Program-made: the position numbers and the translations under genes | Shown here: in pieces, positions 6,726 to 16,275 of the stretch | How positions within the stretch are numbered: position 1 is the stretch's first letter | How the letters are laid out: each line of letters opens with the position of its first letter | The notes under the pieces: model-generated | Told to the model about the DNA's origin: nothing | Databases searched by the model: none | Seen by the model: the letters and a program-made list of their open reading frames with translations, nothing else | Source: Paludibacteraceae bacterium | GTDB lineage: Bacteria > Bacteroidota > Bacteroidia > Bacteroidales > Paludibacteraceae | Assembly (NCBI GenBank): GCA_045591505.1 | Contig: JAZNSW010000029.1 | Span: 50,368 to 114,367, forward strand | Direction of reading: 5' to 3' | Length of the DNA: 64,000 nt

Positions 6726-7796
6726 ATGGCTGGTATATATATACATATTCCATTTTGCAAGAGTCGCTGTAAATACTGCGACTTTTTCTCTACAACACTA
6801 TTAGACAAACAAGAGCAATATATTGACGCTCTACTCACCGAATGGCAAGACCGACAACACGAAATTGCCGAACCTATAGAGACAATATATATAGGCGGTG
6901 GAACACCGAGTGTGTTAGGCGAGGAGGCGATTAGGCGATTAGGCGAGGAGGTGATTGGGCGAGGAGTAGAGGTGACAATGGAAGCCAATCCTGGGGATAT
7001 AACGCAAGAAAAAGCAGAAGCATGGCGAGCAATGGGTATCAATCGCCTGAGTATTGGTGTGCAGAGTTTTGATGATACACTACTACAGTTAATTGGCAGG
7101 CGACATACCGCAGCAGAAGCAAAACAAGCAATAACCATAGCACAAGCTGCAGGATTTGACAACATATCTATTGACCTCATGTATGCCCTACCCTCACAAA
7201 CGTTGCAGCAATGGCAAAACGATGTGGCACAAGCCCTCCAAATGGGGGTACAACATATATCCACCTACGGACTTATCTACGAAGAAGGTACTCGCATAAC
7301 GCAACTATTACAAGAAGGCGAAATCGAAATGGTGGATGAAGAAATAGAAATGCAAATGTATGATTATTTGGTGGAGCAATTAACAGCGAATGGTTACGTT
7401 CACTATGAAGTAAGTAACTTCGCATTACCTGAATGCGAATCCAAACATAATTCCAGTTATTGGAATGGTACCCCCTACATAGGATTGGGAGCTGGAGCAC
7501 ATAGTTACAATGGCACACAGCGACAATGGAACATCAGCCATATTGACCGCTACATAGAACAAGCATTGTCACATAATCTTCAACCCGAAATAGAAATCCT
7601 ATCCGCAGAACAGAAGCATATGGAACAAGTCATGTTAGGATTACGAACGAACCACGGCGTTAATCAAACATTAGTTAATATGGTAGCAGCACAACCATAC
7701 ATTCAAAAAGGATTACTCACCCTATCCAACGGACATGTGATAGCCACTACTCAGGGCTTTCATATACTAAATCGGATAATAGAAGACATACTATAA
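6726..7796 (+). CDS. hemW: radical SAM heme chaperone HemW (HemN-like)
   Basis: IYIHIPFCKSRCKYCDF (Cx4CxxC), GGGTPS, MEANPG, NRLSIGVQSF. Confidence 0.9.
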   Translation: MAGIYIHIPFCKSRCKYCDFFSTTLLDKQEQYIDALLTEWQDRQHEIAEPIETIYIGGGTPSVLGEEAIRRLGEEVIGRGVEVTMEANPGDITQEKAEAWRAMGINRLSIGVQSFDDTLLQLIGRRHTAAEAKQAITIAQAAGFDNISIDLMYALPSQTLQQWQNDVAQALQMGVQHISTYGLIYEEGTRITQLLQEGEIEMVDEEIEMQMYDYLVEQLTANGYVHYEVSNFALPECESKHNSSYWNGTPYIGLGAGAHSYNGTQRQWNISHIDRYIEQALSHNLQPEIEILSAEQKHMEQVMLGLRTNHGVNQTLVNMVAAQPYIQKGLLTLSNGHVIATTQGFHILNRIIEDIL

Positions 7797-7843
7797 AGAA
7801 TATATTCCAAAAGAGAAATAATATACTATCAAAGAGACGAAGT

Positions 7844-10135
7844 ATGAATAACAAGCAAAACAAAAAAACAGACACCTCATCATTCAAGAAGAAATTTTTG
7901 GCATGGTTCTGGGGACTTTTATGCACAGGCATAGTGGCTATTGTGCTCGTATTTTGGATGATTACCAAAGGCTGGTTGGGGTATCTTCCTCCGTTAGACG
8001 AATTGCAAAACCCAAAAAACAAATATGCCACTGAGGTTATATCTGCAGATATGCAATTACTGGGTCGCTATTACCGCAATGAAAATCGCGTAGGTGTTAC
8101 CTACAACGAAATATCCCCCAATATGATTAACGCTTTGATAGCCACCGAAGATGTGCGCTATTACTCTCACACAGGCGTAGATCTCAAATCGCTGATGCGT
8201 GCTATTATCATGTTAGGTAAAGCAGGTGGCGGTAGTACTATCACCCAACAATTGGCTAAACAACTATGGTCACCACAAGCCAATAATATCTTTGAACGCG
8301 CTCTGCAAAAACCTATCGAATGGGTGATTGCTACAAAATTAGAGCGTTTGTACTCCAAAGAAGAGATTCTAACTATGTATCTCAACCAATTTGACTTCCT
8401 CTACAATGCAGTTGGTATCAAATCTGCAGCACAAGTATATTTTAGCACTACCCCAAGTGATTTGAAATTAGAAGAAGCAGCCATGTTGGTGGGTATGTGT
8501 AAGAATCCATCCTTATACAACCCCCGTCGTCGTCCCGAAAATGCACTCAACCGCCGAAATACCGTGCTCAACCAATTATGCAAATACGACTATATCACAG
8601 AGCAAATGTGCGATTCCCTTAAAGCACTTCCTATCGAACTCAAATACCAGTCTGTGGATCACAAGCAAGGTGCAGCACCCTATTTCCGCGAATATCTGCG
8701 ACAAATACTGACTGCCAAAGAGCCCAAACGTAGTCACTACTCCGAATGGAATCAATTGCAATATGAGATTGATAAACGACAATGGGAAGAAAATCCATTG
8801 TACGGATTTTGCTACAAAAATCATAAGCCCGATGGCACTCCTTATGATCTCTATCAAGATGGCTTGCGCATTTACACCACCATCGACTCACGTATGCAGC
8901 AATATGCCGAAGAAGCAGTAAGCGAACATATGCAAGCACTGCAAAAAACATTCTTCCGCGAGAAACGTAAAAAGAGTTATGCCCCATTCTCCGCAGACCT
9001 TGAGAAAGAAGATATTGATGCTATCATGAATCGCTCTATGCGGCAAACAGACCGCTACCGTGCTCTAAAAAAACAAGGTATGAGCGAAACGGATATTCGT
9101 AATGTGTTCAACACCCCTGTTGCAATGCGCGTCTTCTCCTACGATGGAATGATAGATACCACTATGAGTCCTATGGACTCTATCCGATGGAATAAACACT
9201 TCCTCCGTTGCGGGTTCATGTCGATGGAAACACATTCTGGCGCGGTGAAAGCCTATGTCGGAGGTCCAAACTTCACCCATTTTCAATACGACATGGTAAA
9301 TACAGGGCGACGACAAGTTGGCTCTACCATCAAGCCCTACCTCTTTACCCTTGCCATGGATGAAGGTATGTGGCCATGTGATAGCACTGTAAACGATTCT
9401 ATCACCCTCATTGATGGCAATGGTGTGGCATGGACACCACGCGATGAACACTTAGATAATCAGGGGGAAATGGTGACTCTGAACTGGGGTTTGGAAAAAT
9501 CTAGCAACTGGATAACCGCCTACCTCATGTCACTCTTTACTCCCGAACAATTGGTACAACTTATGCGTTCGTTTGGTATTGAAGGGCAATTGGACCCTGT
9601 TGTTAGTCTCTGCCTCGGACCATGCGAAGTGAGCGTAAAAGAAATGGTGGATGCCTATACTACCTTCCCTAATAAAGGTATTCGTGTGGAACCGCTGTAC
9701 GTGACACGTATCGAAGATAATAATGGCAATATTTTAGCAACATTCACGCCTAAAACCTATGAGATTATCAGCGAAACGACCTCCTACAAGATGATATACA
9801 TGCTGCGCAATGTGATGGATCATGGCACGGGTGTTCGTGCACGCTTCCGCTACGGGCTCAAAGGCCCAATGGGCGGAAAAACAGGTACCTCACAAAATCA
9901 CTCCGATGGTTGGTTTGTCGGCTTTACTCCATCCCTCGTTAGCGGCGTATGGGTAGGAGGCGAAGACCGCTCTATTCACTTCGATAATATGTCCGCAGGA
10001 CAAGGTGCCAACATGGCATTACCTATTTGGGCAATCTATATGCAAAAAGTACTCGCAGATGAAGAGTTAGGATATAATCCCGAAGAGCAGTTTGATGTAC
10101 CCGAATGGTTTGACCCTGAGGCAGGGTGCAAATAA
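7844..10135 (+). CDS. penicillin-binding protein 1A (GT51 transglycosylase plus transpeptidase)
   Basis: N-terminal TM helix, EDVRYYSHTGVD, GGSTITQQLAK, RRQVGSTIKP (SxxK), KTGTS. Confidence 0.92.
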   Translation: MNNKQNKKTDTSSFKKKFLAWFWGLLCTGIVAIVLVFWMITKGWLGYLPPLDELQNPKNKYATEVISADMQLLGRYYRNENRVGVTYNEISPNMINALIATEDVRYYSHTGVDLKSLMRAIIMLGKAGGGSTITQQLAKQLWSPQANNIFERALQKPIEWVIATKLERLYSKEEILTMYLNQFDFLYNAVGIKSAAQVYFSTTPSDLKLEEAAMLVGMCKNPSLYNPRRRPENALNRRNTVLNQLCKYDYITEQMCDSLKALPIELKYQSVDHKQGAAPYFREYLRQILTAKEPKRSHYSEWNQLQYEIDKRQWEENPLYGFCYKNHKPDGTPYDLYQDGLRIYTTIDSRMQQYAEEAVSEHMQALQKTFFREKRKKSYAPFSADLEKEDIDAIMNRSMRQTDRYRALKKQGMSETDIRNVFNTPVAMRVFSYDGMIDTTMSPMDSIRWNKHFLRCGFMSMETHSGAVKAYVGGPNFTHFQYDMVNTGRRQVGSTIKPYLFTLAMDEGMWPCDSTVNDSITLIDGNGVAWTPRDEHLDNQGEMVTLNWGLEKSSNWITAYLMSLFTPEQLVQLMRSFGIEGQLDPVVSLCLGPCEVSVKEMVDAYTTFPNKGIRVEPLYVTRIEDNNGNILATFTPKTYEIISETTSYKMIYMLRNVMDHGTGVRARFRYGLKGPMGGKTGTSQNHSDGWFVGFTPSLVSGVWVGGEDRSIHFDNMSAGQGANMALPIWAIYMQKVLADEELGYNPEEQFDVPEWFDPEAGCK

Positions 10136-10144
10136 TACTTTAGC

Positions 10145-10240
10145 GGAAAAGTGAAAAGGATACTAAACATCGTATTGTTAAAGCGAAAAGAATACTAAAC
10201 ATCGTATTGGAAAAGTGAAAAGGATACTAAACATCGTATT
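10145..10240 (+). repeat. three tandem 32-nt units spanning the start of the TPR gene
   Basis: Units at 10145-10176 and 10209-10240 are identical. The middle unit has 4 mismatches. Confidence 0.9.
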
Positions 10241-12215
10241 GGCATGCTGCATGAGCATTGTAAGCATGGCACAGTTGAATACCGATCGCATTACTGCCAT
10301 TGGACGTAATGCGTTGTATTTTGATGACTATGTGCTAAGTATTCAGTATTTCAATCAAGTTATTAAACTAAAACCCTATCTCAGCGAACCCTATTTGCTG
10401 CGTGCTATTGCCAAAATCGAATTAGGCGACTATACAGGCGCAGAAATGGATTGCAACGCCGCTATTGAACGTAATCCCTTTCAACCTGGTGCATACTATA
10501 CCAGAGGATATATCTACCGCCAAACTAACCAATTGGATAAAGCGGAAAAAGACTTTAGCGAAGCACTCATTTTTGCTCCTGAAAACAAAACTTATATCGC
10601 CATGCGAGCAGATGTGCGCGCAGGATTGGAGAAATATGAATTAGCATTAGACGACATTCAACACCTACTCCACCGCGAACCACAATCGGCTGCTTTGCAT
10701 TTTGAAAAAGGTAGTATATGCCTACGGAGTGGCGACACTATATGTGCTAAAAATGCGTTTATTAAAGCCACAGAATACGACTCGCAAAACCCATCTAACT
10801 GGTCAGCATTGGGAGTAGTACAATTGCTACTCAATGAGGAAGATGATGCCCTTGCCTCTATCTCACAATCTATTGAACATGGTAGTAAATGGGCAGGGGA
10901 TTATATCAATCGCGGCATCATCTATTATCATCGTCATAATTATCGCAGTGCGATGACCGATTATGACAAAGCCATATCCCTTGCTCCACGAGACCCACAA
11001 TGCTATTACAACAGAGGGGTACTACGACAAGAATTAGGCGACTACAACCGCGCATTAGAGGATTTATCACAAGCCATCAACTATGATCCCGAAAAAATGG
11101 AGATTTATTATCAACGTGGATTAGTGCAATTGCAATTGCAGCAATGGCAAGAAGCATTAACCGATTTTCAAACTATCATACAACGTAAACCCTATTTCCT
11201 ACCCGCTTACTACCTTGCAGCGCAAGCACAAACAGCAATGGGGAATGGCAAAGAAGCATTTAATCTGCGACAACAAGCCTTTCAATTGGAGCAGAAAAAA
11301 GATAGTATTCAGTCTATCACCACTAATATGCAGGTGGCAGAAGCCCAACCGCAAAAACGAGATAGAAGAAAAGAGTTCTCTGCCCTCGCTGCGCAAAATC
11401 AAGAAGCGAATGACGAGGAAAATAAATACGATAGCGATACACGTGGTAATGTACAAAAACGCTACACCGATGTGGTGAATGAGCCCAATATATTCCTCTC
11501 CTACTATGCTACCGCATCCAATACCAATTCCTTGCGACAAACGAATTATTCACATGCAAGCATTGATGCATACAACCGTAGCATGCAACTACCGGCTCCA
11601 CTACGTTTCACCACCAAAGAAATGACACTTTCTGCCGATATGGTTAATCAACACTTTGCTCAGATTAGCCATTTATCTCATCAGATTGACCTCTTGGAGC
11701 AAATGGCAGTACCACATTCACCCCAAAACAATCAACTCTGCGCTGCCTATGTGGCTCGTGCAATTGAGTTTGCACTCGTGCAAGACTATTCCTCTGCCAT
11801 AGACGATATAACACGCGCTACCCTACTGGATGATAATCTCTATTTTGCCTATTTTAGCCGAGCGAACTGGCGATATAAACTCATTGAATACAAACGTGCT
11901 ACAGGCGAAAAAGTAGAGAGTGCAGACTTTGAGATTATGATGCGCGATTACGATTATGTGATACAGCATCAACCCGATTTCTCTTTTGCCTATTACAACA
12001 AAGCCAATATGCTATGCCTACAACAAGACTTTAAAGCCGCAATCTCCTACTACACTCAAGCCATTGCCGTAGATAGCGATTTTGCAGAAGCATATTTCAA
12101 TCGTGGACTTACATATATTTATATCAACGAAACAGATAAAGGTATAGCCGATTTAAGCAAAGCAGGCGAATTAGGTATATACCAAGCATATAATTTGATT
12201 TCAAGATTCCAATGA
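10215..12215 (+). CDS. tetratricopeptide-repeat protein with signal peptide (666 aa)
   Basis: GTG start. MKRILNIVLACCMSIVSMAQ. Many AxxYYNRGxxY-type TPR units. Confidence 0.85.
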   Translation: MKRILNIVLACCMSIVSMAQLNTDRITAIGRNALYFDDYVLSIQYFNQVIKLKPYLSEPYLLRAIAKIELGDYTGAEMDCNAAIERNPFQPGAYYTRGYIYRQTNQLDKAEKDFSEALIFAPENKTYIAMRADVRAGLEKYELALDDIQHLLHREPQSAALHFEKGSICLRSGDTICAKNAFIKATEYDSQNPSNWSALGVVQLLLNEEDDALASISQSIEHGSKWAGDYINRGIIYYHRHNYRSAMTDYDKAISLAPRDPQCYYNRGVLRQELGDYNRALEDLSQAINYDPEKMEIYYQRGLVQLQLQQWQEALTDFQTIIQRKPYFLPAYYLAAQAQTAMGNGKEAFNLRQQAFQLEQKKDSIQSITTNMQVAEAQPQKRDRRKEFSALAAQNQEANDEENKYDSDTRGNVQKRYTDVVNEPNIFLSYYATASNTNSLRQTNYSHASIDAYNRSMQLPAPLRFTTKEMTLSADMVNQHFAQISHLSHQIDLLEQMAVPHSPQNNQLCAAYVARAIEFALVQDYSSAIDDITRATLLDDNLYFAYFSRANWRYKLIEYKRATGEKVESADFEIMMRDYDYVIQHQPDFSFAYYNKANMLCLQQDFKAAISYYTQAIAVDSDFAEAYFNRGLTYIYINETDKGIADLSKAGELGIYQAYNLISRFQ

Positions 12216-13087
12216 TTATGAAACGGTTTCTTCTTAGTTGTATATTATTTCTCTATGCCCTATCATCATCAGCCCAGGTGCTATATCGTATATCGGGAAA
12301 CTCTGTGGCCGCCCCATCGTATATTTTAGCCACTAATCGCACTGTGGATATGACCTTCATCGATTCCATACCCAATGCGTTTAAATGCTATAGCGAGTGC
12401 AATAAGGTAATTACCGAATTTGCTATGCAAGACTATGAAGCCATTGCCGCTTTACGCCAAGCAGCATTGTTGCCCGATTCTGTGCAGCTGAACCATTTTT
12501 ACACAGCCGAACAATATCAAGAAATTGATGAAGCGTTACGCCTTCATATAGGCATGGGATTAGATAAAATAGGACGTATGAAGCCCTCCTATCTCACAGA
12601 AATGTATCGCAATGAGCTGATGAAGAAATGGCTCAATTATGACGAAGACCGCTCTATGGAAACATTCTTCGAGAAAGTTGCGGCACAATCGGATATTCCT
12701 GTATATGGCTTAGATGACGTGGGGGAAACCATGTATATGCTTTTTGACCGCGAACCATTTCATTGGCAATGCGAAGAATTGCTCAAAGTAATACAATATC
12801 CTGAAAAAGAAGTTCGTCAAGAACGCACTTTACGAGAAATGTATCTCTATGGCCGCTTGGTAGATATTGCTTACCAAATCAAAGGTCCTGATAATACCAC
12901 CTCTATCTCATACTCAGATTATAAAGTGTATAGCCAACGCAATCAAGTATGGGTAAAACGCTTAACCCCCTTCTTACGAGAGGGAAAAGCGTTTATCACA
13001 CTCAATGCCATCTATCTTGGTGGCGAGGATGGATTAATTGAACAACTGCGCAAAGCAGGATTTCGCGTGAAAGCAGTAAATAGATAA
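12212..13087 (+). CDS. TraB/GumN family protein (secreted)
   Basis: Signal peptide. N-terminal SYILATN and C-terminal NAIYLGGEDGLIEQLRKAGFRV resemble GumN boxes with the His positions substituted. 4-nt overlap with the upstream gene. Confidence 0.65.
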   Translation: MIMKRFLLSCILFLYALSSSAQVLYRISGNSVAAPSYILATNRTVDMTFIDSIPNAFKCYSECNKVITEFAMQDYEAIAALRQAALLPDSVQLNHFYTAEQYQEIDEALRLHIGMGLDKIGRMKPSYLTEMYRNELMKKWLNYDEDRSMETFFEKVAAQSDIPVYGLDDVGETMYMLFDREPFHWQCEELLKVIQYPEKEVRQERTLREMYLYGRLVDIAYQIKGPDNTTSISYSDYKVYSQRNQVWVKRLTPFLREGKAFITLNAIYLGGEDGLIEQLRKAGFRVKAVNR

Positions 13088-13127
13088 TCGGTATTCAGAA
13101 GGATGTATGATTATCGAATATGGGTGA

Positions 13128-15839
13128 TTAGCGAATCACCTTCTTGGTGGCATAAGCACCATTCTTCTCATATTGTATGATATACAATCCCGATTGCAAT
13201 CCACTTAAATCAGGCATCATCACATTGTTTTGCGATGAGATAACATAGCCATTGATGTTATACACTTTCACATTATATGGAGGTAAGATCTCCGTATCAT
13301 TTTCTACAACGATATTCTCCACATCAGTCAAGAAGCTGTAATAAGGCAATAACTCAGGTAATGCCACTTCTTTACCCGTGAAAATCATCACTTCCCCAGG
13401 AGCCAGTGTAAGATTTGTTTCAGTTTGTGGCTTTTGTTGGAAATAATTATACCATGTTCCCTCAGGCAAGGTAGCAGTCTCATTTCCTTCCACAGCAAAA
13501 TTACCTACCACAAACACATCACTACCCCATTGAATGGTACGAATTTTCTTTCCACCAGAAATATTTACTTTGGTAGGATTACCCTCAAACACCTCAGGCA
13601 TAATGCGTGTACGCAACTGAATGGTTTGTGCCACCTTGTGGAAAGCATCTGTGCGCCATGCACCTTCTCCCAGCCATGTCTCAATGCGTTTTTTGGCTTG
13701 CATTTTTACTTCATATCCAATCACATCTTTCTCGCCATAAGGATTCGTACCCCATCTGCCATTTTTATCTTGATATTTGGAATAATCAAAACCAAACTCA
13801 GCAAAATGGTAGAACATTTGTGGGCCATTAAGCATGGTAAGGAATGCCATGTTCAGCGGCACGCGCGCAATACGCTCTTGGTCATCCGTCTGCAAGTCTC
13901 CATTACCAAAATGTTTCGCTTTGAAGAACGCACGCTCCTCATCATGGCTCTCGCAATAACTTACGTAACCATCGCGGTTGGCATTGGTAAAGCTATCACC
14001 ATCCTTAAGCCATCCCATAGCCGTTTGATAATATGCATTGGTGGTATTATCCCAGCAGAGCATACCTTTGCTGATTAATTTTGGACGCTCAGACCCCATT
14101 TGACTTCCCCAATGCTCAAGAATGAAATACGCATCTTCTGCAACCGCCTTAACGCCTTTCTCATAGTACTCTGTAATATGATCTACAGCATCGTAGGTTG
14201 TACCGCACAATCCGTGACTGAGGTCCATACGATAGCCATCCACCTTATACTCGGTTAACCAATAATTGAGCGCACGGATCATCATGCTTTTAGCAGGAGC
14301 AAAATCGTGATTCCAATCCTCGTATACATTATCAGAGTGAGGTGCAGAGACGTTAAACCAAGGGTTATGCTTCAAATCTTCGCCATATGGGTAGAGTTTG
14401 TTCATTGGGTTCAAACCCGTAGAATGGTTGAATACCATGTCTAAGATAACCGCAATTCCCCTTTTGTGGCACTCGTCAATAAAGGTTTTCAAATGCTCTG
14501 GTGTACCATATGCTTTGTCCAACGCAAAATAGTGGTTAGGTGAATAGCCCCAGTTTTCATTACCATCAAACTCAGTTACAGGCATCAACTCAATGGCATT
14601 TACACCCATATCCTCATAGTAATCCAAACGGTCCATTAATCCAGGAATAGAGCGGAATGGCGTATGGTCATATACCCACAACTCATAAATAATCAAGTTG
14701 TTTTTATCAGGGCGTTTGAAATTCAGTGTAGCCTCAGACCAAGGGAACTCTGGTTTAGCCGTTTGAATAACGGTTACATAATCACTACCCTCTTTTGGAT
14801 AATCCATCAAAGTAGGGTCAATATCCTTTGGCTCGTATTGGTCATTAGGGTGCAGCACTTTCTCCGAGAACAAATCAGAAATACGTTTTACCACACCATC
14901 CGCACGAACGACTACATATTGCATAGCATACTCTTTCTGAGGAGTCAAACCTTTGATTTCCAACCAGAAATAATTGCCATCTTGCTTCATTTGATAGTCA
15001 TCCGAGATCACCCAATTATTAAAATCACCTACCACAAATACATGTTTAGCAGGAGCAGACTTGCTGGCAGCATAGGTACAAAGCGTTACTTTTGTGTCGT
15101 CCTCCTCGTCGTAGTAAATACCCATATCTACCCCTTCAGGTCGTTTTGCTTGTTCAGGCAGACCAGCGACACAAGTAAATGCCTCTGCTTTGGCTTCATC
15201 GGTAGCCGTTTTTGCGGTGAAGATGAAGTGATAGTTTCCTGTTTCGCTCAAGGTAATCGTATGCGTCAGCTTTGTTCCTTCAGCCGTAGCGATTTGCTCC
15301 CCATTAAGCGAGAGAGTCAATGTGGCAGCCTCTGTGGAAACACACTCAAGATTTACCACGTCGCCCTCTGAAGAAATATCAGGCAATGTATTGCTGATTA
15401 TCGCAGCGAGTCCAGCATCTGCCAAGTCCACAAAAATATCCGCATTACCATCGGCTTTTCCCTCCAACGTGCCATTAGGTCCATCGTTAAACACAAAGCA
15501 CAATTGCGTAACATTTGTTGATTCAGGCACACCATAGTAGGCGTAGATATTAGGCGTGATTTTCAATTCCCAATTGCCATCTGCGTTTTTGGTCATTTTG
15601 TATTTATCTTTCCCATCGCGCCAACCACTGGTATTTTGCCACGAAGTACCATTGTAGGTAATACCTGTATGGGCATAGCACTTTGTGGCATTGACCATAC
15701 CCTTATTTCCTTCGTTAGGGTTGAATACGATTGTTACTTCTCCTTTATAACCTTTTTGCACAATACTAGGTATTGTAGTTACTTGCGCAAATACGCTACT
15801 TGCGAGAAACAATAAAATGAAGAGTAGATTTTTTTTCAT
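13128..15839 (-). CDS. GH13 alpha-amylase-family glycosidase with N-terminal carbohydrate-binding region and T9SS C-terminal sorting tail
   Basis: GH13 regions ILDMVFNHS, DGYRMDLSH, ILEHWG and YCESHDE. Signal peptide at M23 (MKKNLLFILLFLASSVFAQ). C-terminal ...GLYIIQYEKNGAYATKKVIR. Confidence 0.88.
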   Translation of the reverse strand: MKKNLLFILLFLASSVFAQVTTIPSIVQKGYKGEVTIVFNPNEGNKGMVNATKCYAHTGITYNGTSWQNTSGWRDGKDKYKMTKNADGNWELKITPNIYAYYGVPESTNVTQLCFVFNDGPNGTLEGKADGNADIFVDLADAGLAAIISNTLPDISSEGDVVNLECVSTEAATLTLSLNGEQIATAEGTKLTHTITLSETGNYHFIFTAKTATDEAKAEAFTCVAGLPEQAKRPEGVDMGIYYDEEDDTKVTLCTYAASKSAPAKHVFVVGDFNNWVISDDYQMKQDGNYFWLEIKGLTPQKEYAMQYVVVRADGVVKRISDLFSEKVLHPNDQYEPKDIDPTLMDYPKEGSDYVTVIQTAKPEFPWSEATLNFKRPDKNNLIIYELWVYDHTPFRSIPGLMDRLDYYEDMGVNAIELMPVTEFDGNENWGYSPNHYFALDKAYGTPEHLKTFIDECHKRGIAVILDMVFNHSTGLNPMNKLYPYGEDLKHNPWFNVSAPHSDNVYEDWNHDFAPAKSMMIRALNYWLTEYKVDGYRMDLSHGLCGTTYDAVDHITEYYEKGVKAVAEDAYFILEHWGSQMGSERPKLISKGMLCWDNTTNAYYQTAMGWLKDGDSFTNANRDGYVSYCESHDEERAFFKAKHFGNGDLQTDDQERIARVPLNMAFLTMLNGPQMFYHFAEFGFDYSKYQDKNGRWGTNPYGEKDVIGYEVKMQAKKRIETWLGEGAWRTDAFHKVAQTIQLRTRIMPEVFEGNPTKVNISGGKKIRTIQWGSDVFVVGNFAVEGNETATLPEGTWYNYFQQKPQTETNLTLAPGEVMIFTGKEVALPELLPYYSFLTDVENIVVENDTEILPPYNVKVYNINGYVISSQNNVMMPDLSGLQSGLYIIQYEKNGAYATKKVIR

Positions 15840-15876
15840 CACGATATAAATTTTACTATTATTTTCAAACGATGTG

Positions 15877-15908
15877 CAAAGGTACAAAAAAATTTGCATA
15901 CACACAAG
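15877..15908 (-). promoter_or_regulatory. amylase promoter (TACCTTTG)
   Basis: Plus-strand caaaggta at 15877-15884. It lies inside the over-extended ORF, which supports the M23 start. Confidence 0.5.
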
Positions 15909-15962
15909 TTTTTCGAAGAAAAAATTGCATATTGATCAAAAAATTTTGACGAAACAGGAGGT

Positions 15963-16182
15963 ACTTCGACATATTTTTTCTTGTGAAAGTGTGAAAGTGC
16001 AAAGTGTTAAATTTTATTAATTTTCGACAGGCAATTTTTCAGTTTTTGGTCAATTAACGAGGGGATATAGATAGTCTATCTACTCGGTATCTACACGGTA
16101 TCTACCCGAGTTATGTCATTTCAATTTTGCGCGTTTGCACTTTCACACTTTCACACTTTCACAGAAAAAAAAGAGTCGAAGT
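15963..16182. repeat. MITE-like or long-hairpin element: ~41-49-nt inverted arms around a ~130-nt core
   Basis: The left arm acttcgac..cttgtgaaagtgtgaaagtgcaaa (15963-16003) pairs with the right arm tttgcactttcacactttcacactttcacag..gtcgaagt (16134-16182). Confidence 0.7.
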
Positions 16183-16203
16183 GCAGCATATATGCAAAAA
16201 AAA

Positions 16204-16235
16204 TTTGTAGATTTACAAAAAATTCACTACCTTTG
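16204..16235 (+). promoter_or_regulatory. mnmA promoter (TTTG-N20-TACCTTTG)
   Basis: tttg at 16204-16207 and tacctttg at 16228-16235. Both lie inside the 16135 ORF extension. Confidence 0.55.
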
Positions 16236-16275
16236 CCCCGAAATTTATCATTCATCATCCAAAACGATTAGTCAC

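Noticed and set aside
15963-16182. Classical Bacteroides-type invertible promoter (phase variation)
   Set aside because: The core between the inverted arms contains no TAnnTTTG box on either strand, and both flanking genes have fixed promoters outside the arms.
16135-16275. The N-terminal 47 codons of the ORF-track mnmA model
   Set aside because: This segment covers the right arm of the inverted-repeat element and the TTTG/TACCTTTG promoter. The conserved PP-loop N-terminus begins just after TTG 16276.
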